A stretch of DNA of 64,000 nucleotides from Capsulimonadaceae bacterium (GTDB lineage Bacteria; Armatimonadota; Armatimonadia; Armatimonadales; Capsulimonadaceae), in the NCBI GenBank assembly GCA_965215505.1, contig OZ244065.1, forward strand, positions 3,392,001 through 3,456,000, given 5' to 3'. The notes under the pieces were generated by a model. That model ran no database searches and was not told where the DNA came from. It worked only from the letters and a program-made list of their open reading frames with translations. Positions 55,699-62,361 of this stretch are shown in pieces; within the stretch, counting starts at the first letter, position 1; each line of letters starts with the position of its first letter. The position numbers and the translations under genes are program-made.

Positions 55699-56029
55699 TG
55701 TGGTGCTCCTCCATGACGGGATCGCCATCAAGGGCCGTGAATGCGGTCAGCTCTCGCTGTTCCATGGGAAGCGCCAAGTCCGCCGCATAAAGGGGCGCCG
55801 CCTCGTCGAACTGCGCTGCCATGATGCGCCGCCTTTCTTCCAGGGGTAGGGACAGCAGGTAGGCGGGGTCGGACTCGCGGGGCCGCCCGGTGTCCCCCGC
55901 AGGCTCGTGTCGCTCGCCGTTGCCACCCGGCTCGCCAAGAATCTGCCTTAAATAGTCAGTCACGTCCTGCCCGTGGCGGGCCGCTCTCTCGCGCAGGCCG
56001 TCCTCAATGTCCGCCGGTAGTTCTAACAT
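55676..56029 (-). CDS. Putative cognate antitoxin
   Basis: MLELPADIEDGLRERAARHGQDVTDYL (RHH-like), LLSLPLEERRRIM; overlaps the toxin start; AAGGAG RBS. Confidence 0.75.
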   Translation of the reverse strand: MLELPADIEDGLRERAARHGQDVTDYLRQILGEPGGNGERHEPAGDTGRPRESDPAYLLSLPLEERRRIMAAQFDEAAPLYAADLALPMEQRELTAFTALDGDPVMEEHHSDQPRSW

Positions 56030-56049
56030 CTGCTTCTCCTTTTCGGTGC

Positions 56050-59000
56050 TTATGCCTTCTCCAGCTTCGCGAACCCCAAGTCCAGCTTCTTCATGCCGAC
56101 CGCGCCCATGAACTGGACTTTGACGACGGTGTCGCTCTCGTAGCCGACCACGAAGCCGACGCCGAAGACGGCGTGGCTGACCTTGGTGCCCATCTCGAAG
56201 GGCAGGGCACTGGCCTTGGGCGCGGGCGGGGCCTTCTGGGCGGAGGCGCGGGCCAGGTCGTCCCACTTGGGCGCGTACTGCGACTCGGGCCGGCGGCTGC
56301 CTTCGGTCAGTGTCGGCGTGTAGGTCTCGGCCGTCCCACGGCGGGAGGACTTGGCGAGGAACAGGTTCATGGGGATCTCGCCGACGAAGCGCGAGACGGG
56401 GTTGCGCTGCACGTTGCCGAAGAGCATCCGCGACCCGGCATAGGACATGAACAACTCTTCCTGGGCGCGCGTGATGCCGACATAGCACAAGCGCCGCTCT
56501 TCTTCGAGTTCGACCTGGTTGCCCATCGCCCGGAAGTGCGGGAAGATGCCTTCCTCCAACCCCGTCAGGAAGACGACCGAGAATTCTAACCCCTTGGCGG
56601 CGTGCAGGGTCATCATCGTGACCGAGTTCGCCGCGTCCTCCAGGCTGTCCGCGTCGGAGACGAGCGAGACGTTCTCCAGGAACTTGCCTAAAGAGGCGTC
56701 GCCGTCCTCGCCCTCCGCCTTGGCCGCCCGGTCCTCGAACTCCTTGGCGACCGACAGCAGCTCGCCGACGTTCTCAACGCGCGACTCGGCCTCGGGCGTC
56801 TTGTCTCGCTTTAAGTCTTCGATGTACCCCGTCGTGTCCAGGACGTTCTGGAGCAGCACCGACACCGATTGCGTGTCCCGCTTGGTCGTCAGATACTCGA
56901 TGATCTTGACGAAGCCTTGAATGCTGTTCTTGGCCCGCGCGGGCAATTCTATCTCATGCACCCGGCGGCAGGCGTCCCAGAAGGCGATCTCGGAGCGGGA
57001 GGCGAAGCTGTTGACCTTCTCCACCGTGGTCGTCCCGATGGCCCGCGCGGGGACATTGATGATGCGCCGCATGCTCACGCCGTCATAGGGGTTCAGCAGG
57101 ACACGCAAATAGGCGATCAGGTCCTTGATCTCGCGCCGCTCGTAGAACCGGACCCCGCCGACGATCTTGTACGGGATGCGGTAGTTGATGAACTGCTCTT
57201 CCAGGGCGCGCGACTGCGAGTTGGCGCGGTACAGCACGGCGAAGTCGGAGTAGCGCCGGTCGCCCGTCACGCTCTCCTCGCGGACCACGCCGACGATGGC
57301 GGCGGCCTCCTCGACTTCGTTGGGCGCTTCGATGAGCGTGATGCTCTCGCCCTCCACCTTGTCCGTCCACAGCCGCTTGTCCGCCCGCCCCCGATTGTTG
57401 CGGACGACGTGGTAGGCGGCGTCCAGGATGTTCTTGGTGCTCCGGTAGTTCTGCTCCAATTTGATGATGGAGGCGTCGGGAAAGTCCCGCTCGAAGTTCA
57501 GGATGATCTGGACGTTCGCGCCCCGGAAGGCGTAGATGGAGTTGTGGACGACGATGCCGCCCGCGACGTAGTTGCGGAGGTTTGCGACGGACAGGTCGTA
57601 AACCTTGCCGGTGTACGGCTCGTCGGTGATGGATGCAATCTTACTTTCGAGGACAACATCACGCAAGTTTGCCAGAATTGAGTGACGGCGGTCCACGAGT
57701 GCTTTATCTAAGACTGGCAGCATCCGATGCTCTGTCAATTCCATGGCGGCTGAAGCTATTCGGTTGTAGCCGCCGAGCGAGGCTTTCGTTACGATTTCAG
57801 GGAAATCATACTGCCCTTGAAGCCGTTTGGCAAAGACCCAAGCATCATCAAAAGTGCTGAAAGTGGCCTTCGTGCTTTTTTTGTATGTTCCTGCTTCAAC
57901 CGTGAACGCTGGCTCTCTGTTGCCATAATCGATCTCGTCGTAACCCAACCAATTTGCTGAGAACATTGTCAGCTCGACGGCATTTTTGAGGAACACGTTA
58001 CCCGTGTCATACGAGACCGAGTAATGACCGTCCGCATCTATCGAGTCATGCCCATCTGCATCTTTGTAGCCGCTGCGTGGGTCACGGTCGGATTTTGAGC
58101 TGAACATGACATGATTGGGCGTCACGCACACCGAATCACCTTGATCAGTACGGATGTCACGGACCGGCCCGGTGTAGTCATTGACCATCACTTTTTCAAC
58201 TACTGCCGCCGCTACACCTGCCGCACCGCAGGCCGCCAGAACTGTGTCGCCCTCTTTAATCTGCTCCACCGGCACATACCCGGACGGCGTCAGGATCGGC
58301 GTGCCCTCGACCACGCACTGGTCGTCGTCGCCGACGACGCAGATGTTCTTGTACTTGCCCGCGAACAGCGTCAGAAGCTGGTACTGGCTGTCGTTCACGT
58401 CCTGGAACTCGTCGCAGTGGACGAAATGGAAGCGGTTCTGGTAGTGCTCCCGCGCCTTCTCCGACTCGCGCAAAAGCTGCACCGTCTTCATGATGAGGTC
58501 ATCGAAGTCCAGGGCGTTCGACAATGTCAGCTTGCTCTGATAGAGCTGGTACGCCTTGCCCACCGCCCGCTCGAACGGCGAGGCCGAGAAGTCGTTCAGG
58601 ATGTCCTCGGGCGTCTGCAACGTCTCCTTGGCCTTGGAAATGAGGGACAGGATGGCGCGCGGGGCGAACTGCTTGTCGTCCATGTTCAGCTCGCGCACGG
58701 CCTCTTTCACCAGCGAAAGCTGATCGCCGTCGTCGTAGATGACGAAGTTCTTGTCCAGCCCGATCATGGTTCCGCGCTCGCGCAGGCAGCGCGCGCAGAG
58801 CGAATGGAACGTCCCCGCCCACAAATCCCGCATGGCGAGGTCGCCCACGAGGTTTGCGATCCGCTCCTTCATCCCCGCCGCCGCCTTGTTGGTAAAGGTA
58901 ACGGCCAGAATATTGTAGGGGCGGACGTACCGCTCCCGGATGAGGTACGCGATGCGCTTGGTCAGGGCGTTGGTCTTGCCCGACCCGGCCCCGGCGAAGA

Positions 59001-59175
59001 TGAGGACCGGCCCGTTCTCGTGCAGGACGGCGGCCCGCTGCGGCTCGTTCAGCCCGGCCAGGAGGGGCGAGTTCAGGTTGGGCGCGTCGGCGGGCCGGTT
59101 ACCGGCGGGCGTGTTGGGTTCAGAGCGCGGGACGGCGTCCCAATCGGGTTCCGCGTTGGGGTCAAAAGAGGGCAT
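56050..59175 (-). CDS. pcrA: PcrA/UvrD DNA helicase containing an intein
   Basis: AGAGSGKT, TFTNKAA, DEFQD, VVGDDDQ|SIYAFRGA, LEQNYRST, TLHAAKGLEF, EERRLCYVGITRA; start MPSFDP at 59175. Confidence 0.93.
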   Translation of the reverse strand: MPSFDPNAEPDWDAVPRSEPNTPAGNRPADAPNLNSPLLAGLNEPQRAAVLHENGPVLIFAGAGSGKTNALTKRIAYLIRERYVRPYNILAVTFTNKAAAGMKERIANLVGDLAMRDLWAGTFHSLCARCLRERGTMIGLDKNFVIYDDGDQLSLVKEAVRELNMDDKQFAPRAILSLISKAKETLQTPEDILNDFSASPFERAVGKAYQLYQSKLTLSNALDFDDLIMKTVQLLRESEKAREHYQNRFHFVHCDEFQDVNDSQYQLLTLFAGKYKNICVVGDDDQCVVEGTPILTPSGYVPVEQIKEGDTVLAACGAAGVAAAVVEKVMVNDYTGPVRDIRTDQGDSVCVTPNHVMFSSKSDRDPRSGYKDADGHDSIDADGHYSVSYDTGNVFLKNAVELTMFSANWLGYDEIDYGNREPAFTVEAGTYKKSTKATFSTFDDAWVFAKRLQGQYDFPEIVTKASLGGYNRIASAAMELTEHRMLPVLDKALVDRRHSILANLRDVVLESKIASITDEPYTGKVYDLSVANLRNYVAGGIVVHNSIYAFRGANVQIILNFERDFPDASIIKLEQNYRSTKNILDAAYHVVRNNRGRADKRLWTDKVEGESITLIEAPNEVEEAAAIVGVVREESVTGDRRYSDFAVLYRANSQSRALEEQFINYRIPYKIVGGVRFYERREIKDLIAYLRVLLNPYDGVSMRRIINVPARAIGTTTVEKVNSFASRSEIAFWDACRRVHEIELPARAKNSIQGFVKIIEYLTTKRDTQSVSVLLQNVLDTTGYIEDLKRDKTPEAESRVENVGELLSVAKEFEDRAAKAEGEDGDASLGKFLENVSLVSDADSLEDAANSVTMMTLHAAKGLEFSVVFLTGLEEGIFPHFRAMGNQVELEEERRLCYVGITRAQEELFMSYAGSRMLFGNVQRNPVSRFVGEIPMNLFLAKSSRRGTAETYTPTLTEGSRRPESQYAPKWDDLARASAQKAPPAPKASALPFEMGTKVSHAVFGVGFVVGYESDTVVKVQFMGAVGMKKLDLGFAKLEKA
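57541..58317 (-). mobile_element. Intein (259 aa) in helicase motif III
   Basis: Splits GDDDQ/SIY; begins CVVEGTPILT, block B VTPNH, ends VYDLSV...NYVAGGIVVHN with +1 Ser. Confidence 0.93.
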
Positions 59176-59248
59176 GGGGAGATTATACCTGGAAGCAAGC
59201 GCCCCCGGCCATTCATGGCCGGTCCAAACGCGCCCCCGCAAAAAACCC

Positions 59249-59277
59249 TTGCGCTTTTCCCACACTTATGGTAAAAT
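59249..59277 (+). promoter_or_regulatory. tRNA promoter
   Basis: TTGCGC-17 nt-TAAAAT with TGn extension. Confidence 0.65.
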
Positions 59278-59304
59278 ATCCAGGTCAACATCACCGGCCC
59301 GTGG

Positions 59305-59394
59305 GGGAAGGTGGCTGAGTGGTCGAAAGCGGCTCACTGCTAATGAGTTATACGGGGTAAACCCGTATCGCAGGTTCGAATCCTGTCCTTCCCG
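59305..59394 (+). tRNA. tRNA-Ser (GCT)
   Basis: Acceptor GGGAAGG/CCTTCCC, anticodon arm GCTCA-CT GCT AA-TGAGT, long variable arm, GGTTCGAATCC. Confidence 0.94.
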
Positions 59395-59418
59395 CTCGTT
59401 AGGATGTCTGACAAGGAG

Positions 59419-59453
59419 GCGGCCCCGGTTTCTCAGGAGACCGGGGCTGTTTC
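59419..59453 (+). terminator. Intrinsic terminator after tRNA-Ser
   Basis: GGCGGCCCCGGTTTC-TCAG-GAGACCGGGGCTGTTT. Confidence 0.65.
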
Positions 59454-59486
59454 CGTCTGTCGCAAGGAAGAAGCGAAAGAAAGTCA

Positions 59487-59885
59487 ATGCAAGACGATGT
59501 GCCCGACCTGGGGCCGATCCCCTGGCGGAACCTGCTCCACTTCGATGCCAAAGCCATCGCGGCCTTCGCCACCTGCGCCCTGATGCTGGTCGGCCTGCTG
59601 GTCCTCCTCCCGGCCTGGCTGCGCGGGCAGGAGCGGGCGGACTTCGCGGGGACATCGGCACGGACCGCGCCGGGCATCGTGACCATCTGCGAGATTTCGC
59701 CCGTGACCCAGGGCGGGGGCGGGCTGTTCAACGCCGTCACGGTCGCCTTCGCCAATCGGCAGAGCTACTACGCCATCCCCCCGACCTCCAAGTGGGTGCC
59801 CAAGTTCCACCAGAACGTGCGCGTGACCTACCGCGTCGGGCGACAGACGGGGGCCGTGCGCGTGGATGCGGTGACGCCGGAGTAG
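59487..59885 (+). CDS. Hypothetical membrane-anchored protein
   Basis: One TM followed by a beta-rich segment; host-like codons. Confidence 0.6.
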   Translation: MQDDVPDLGPIPWRNLLHFDAKAIAAFATCALMLVGLLVLLPAWLRGQERADFAGTSARTAPGIVTICEISPVTQGGGGLFNAVTVAFANRQSYYAIPPTSKWVPKFHQNVRVTYRVGRQTGAVRVDAVTPE

Positions 59886-59983
59886 GCCGCGCGGAGATAA
59901 GAGTCTTCTAATCCGCGTCTCACGTCCTTCTAATGTCCGACCCGTATACTGAGGGGGACGCATAGGGAGGAAAGACAAACGCC

Positions 59984-60406
59984 ATGACAAGCAACAGAAT
60001 GACCGGAATCAGACTCTCGCCCGTCCTGCTGATGAGCCTCGGGGCCTTCGCCGTGATCGCCGCCGCCCAGGCCGCCCCGCCCAAGGCCAAGGTCTCCCCG
60101 GCGCAGGCGAAAATGGCCGCCGTCAAGAAGATCGCCGGCCACGCGACCGGGGCCGTGTACGAACTCGAGGACGGGCACTGGCAGTACGCCGTTACCATCG
60201 TCAACAAGGCCGGCCAGATGTACGAGGTCGCAGTCAACTCGACCACGGGCAAGGTGATGAGCACGGAAAAGACTTCGGCCGCCTCGGAGAAGACCGAAGC
60301 CGCCGCCGACGCGAAGGCCGCCGCGAAGGCGAAGATGACGGGCCATGCCGCCGCCAAGGCCCCCGCCAAGCCGGAAGCCGACGAGAAAGGCGAGAAGCCC
60401 GACTAG
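59984..60406 (+). CDS. PepSY-domain secreted protein
   Basis: Signal peptide, VSPAQA..AA...ELEDGHWQYAV...EVAVNSTTGKV; GGAGG RBS. Confidence 0.8.
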   Translation: MTSNRMTGIRLSPVLLMSLGAFAVIAAAQAAPPKAKVSPAQAKMAAVKKIAGHATGAVYELEDGHWQYAVTIVNKAGQMYEVAVNSTTGKVMSTEKTSAASEKTEAAADAKAAAKAKMTGHAAAKAPAKPEADEKGEKPD

Positions 60407-60488
60407 GGCCTCACTTGCCCATACCTATCCGAAGAAGCAGCCTGCGGCCAGACCCGGTCGGCAGGCTGTTTCCGTCTCGGGCTGCTCC

Positions 60489-61265
60489 CTACGGCAGCCA
60501 CCGGTGCAGCCCCCAGATCAGCCCCGCCGTCACCGCGAAGGCCAGGCCGCCGCTGGCGAAGAAGGGGACCGACGGCCCCTCGGCCTTCGCTCCGCGCGGG
60601 CGCGTGGACAGGCCCAGCGTGGTGGTGACCAGGTACACGAAGCCGCCGCCGACGTGCGCGAACAGCAGCCCTAATGACGACAGGGGCAGGCCGCGCAAGG
60701 CGAAGACGGCCAGAAATGCCCCCAGTTCCGTCGTGGACTCGATGCCCAGAGTCCACAGCAGGGCCGTCCGCCGCGAGTAGCCCGCCCCCAGCAGCAGCAG
60801 GGCCAGGGCCAACCCTTCGGGGAACTTGTGGAACGACACGGCCAGCAGCACGGCCAGGTTCGGGCGGCCCGTGATCTCGTCGCCCACCACGACCGCCACG
60901 CCGTCCATCGCGCTGTGGACGCCCAGGGCCAGCATCAAGAGGACGACGGTCTGCCCCAGCCTCTCCGTCGTCGCCCGGTCGAACGCCCCCACCGAGCAGG
61001 CCGGGCACAGATGGTAGACGTACTTCCCCAAGGCCCAGAACAGGGCGTAGCCGCTCGCGCCCGCCAGCCCAAAGGCGGGCCAGGACAGCAGGGATTTGGC
61101 GTCCGGCAGGACGTCGAACAGCGTGACGGCCAGCAGCGCGCCCATGGCGGCATAGACCAGCACGTTCAGGCGGCGCGGCGCGAGGCGGCCTAGAGAGATG
61201 CCGAGCGCGCCGCCGCCGAAGGCGATCAGGGTGGCGAGGGTCGCGCGCAGAAGAAGAAGCGTCAT
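60489..61265 (-). CDS. ZIP family metal transporter
   Basis: GALLAVTLFDVLPDA, HSAMDG, FHKFPEG, GGFVY; loop HLCPAC. Confidence 0.88.
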   Translation of the reverse strand: MTLLLLRATLATLIAFGGGALGISLGRLAPRRLNVLVYAAMGALLAVTLFDVLPDAKSLLSWPAFGLAGASGYALFWALGKYVYHLCPACSVGAFDRATTERLGQTVVLLMLALGVHSAMDGVAVVVGDEITGRPNLAVLLAVSFHKFPEGLALALLLLGAGYSRRTALLWTLGIESTTELGAFLAVFALRGLPLSSLGLLFAHVGGGFVYLVTTTLGLSTRPRGAKAEGPSVPFFASGGLAFAVTAGLIWGLHRWLP

Positions 61266-61307
61266 GGTGGAAACGTCATGGTGTGAGATGTGGTCATGGG
61301 CGCGGCG

Positions 61308-61476
61308 GGATCAGGACGGATCAGGACGGATCAGGACGGGATCAGGACGAGTGATTGAAATCACTCGCTGACGAGGACCTGTCCAGGGGACAGAAGAAGG
61401 AGAGAACGCTGCCGTCTAGGTCCCTTCCCTTGTCCCCTGGACAAAGCCTGTCGTAGCGAGTGATTTCAATCACTCG
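61308..61476. repeat. 10-bp tandem of about 4 copies plus REPIN-like element A (61348-61476)
   Basis: ATCAGGACGG repeats running into AGGACGAGTGATTGAAATCACTCG. Confidence 0.92.
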
Positions 61477-61573
61477 CCCGTCTCGCCCCGGCTCGCGGCC
61501 TGGTTCCGGCTCGCGGCCTGGTTCTTGTGACAGCCGGCGCGGGCCGACACGCCTATAATTCATACGGGCGCTC

Positions 61574-61602
61574 TTGCGTTCCGCGCGAAGGCGTGGTACA
61601 AT
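61574..61602 (+). promoter_or_regulatory. Promoter giving a leaderless transcript of the DUF2946-like ORF
   Basis: TTGCGT-17 nt-TACAAT with TGn extension; GTG start 6 nt downstream. Confidence 0.65.
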
Positions 61603-61608
61603 GCCCGC

Positions 61609-61965
61609 GTGAACCGAACGCGGACAACCTGGCTGACGCGGGCACTCAGAAGGACGGCGCTGCTCCTGGCGCTGATCTGCCTGGGGGTCAGCGGCGGCAC
61701 GACACTCGTCCACACGGAAGACCTCGGCCCCCTGCGGACGTTCCAGGCGGGCCACACCGTTCTGGCACACGCCTCCCCGGTCGGCTCCGGCGACTCCTGC
61801 CTGGCCTGCCAGTGGGAGGCTTCGGCCTACAACCCGCAGATCCCCACCGTCCCCGCCGTCCGCCCGCGATGCGTCCTGATGCCGCTCCCGGCCACGCTCT
61901 CCGCCTCCGTCGCCCCGCCACCGTTCGTTCACACGTCCCCCCGCGCGCCCCCGCGCCTCTCCTGA
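61609..61965 (+). CDS. DUF2946-like leader peptide (CxxC ... RAPP)
   Basis: Export signal, central CLAC, Pro-rich linker, C-terminal SPRAPP; upstream of a TonB-dependent receptor. Confidence 0.8.
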   Translation: MNRTRTTWLTRALRRTALLLALICLGVSGGTTLVHTEDLGPLRTFQAGHTVLAHASPVGSGDSCLACQWEASAYNPQIPTVPAVRPRCVLMPLPATLSASVAPPPFVHTSPRAPPRLS

Positions 61966-62033
61966 CTCGTCCCGACCCGCTTTGCGGGCCTTGTTCCGAG
62001 TCTCATCTCATCACACGACCCTGTTTGGGGCCG

Positions 62034-62122
62034 AAAAAAAGGCGCGGAGGTGCTGGTAACACCCCCACGCCCGGCGAGCGCGATCCCGTCACGAGTGACT
62101 TTCTGAGTCACGCCCAGTGCCA
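62034..62122 (-). ncRNA. Candidate antisense sRNA (about 90 nt)
   Basis: Minus-strand TAGACG-17 nt-TACAAT (TGn-extended) at 62129-62157; terminator GGCGTGGGGGTGTTACCAGCACCTCCGCGCC followed by T7. Confidence 0.55.
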
Positions 62123-62193
62123 ACGGTGATTGTATCACGTCTTCGTCCTTTCGTCTACCCCACACGCCCTACCCGGAAGCACCCGTTCCCCTG

Positions 62194-62307
62194 CGGGCGG
62201 TTGAAACCGCGGCAACAAAGGCACGAAGTCGCCCTTCGGCGACTCAGACCATTCTGAACCTGCGAAGGCAGGTTTCGTGAACTCGTTGCCGCGACTTCAG
62301 TCGCCCG
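62194..62307. repeat. REPIN-like four-hairpin element, subfamily E
   Basis: CGGGCGGTTGAAACCGCGGCAAC ... AGTCGCCCTTCGGCGACT ... AACCTGCGAAGGCAGGTT ... GTTGCCGCGACTTCAGTCGCCCG. Confidence 0.8.
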
Positions 62308-62361
62308 AAAGGTGCCTGGCGCTTCCGGGAACTCCCCCAGACACTGGAGAAGAACCATATC

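Noticed and set aside
42828-59394. Integrated island bounded by the two tRNAs
   Set aside because: No integrase, no duplicated tRNA 3' end, and the interval contains housekeeping genes
7692-61476. Dispersed repeat-core-repeat elements as CRISPR mini-arrays or integron attC sites
   Set aside because: Repeats are inverted rather than direct, sit between core genes in both orientations, lack RYYYAAC/GTTRRRY boxes, and there is no integrase or cas gene
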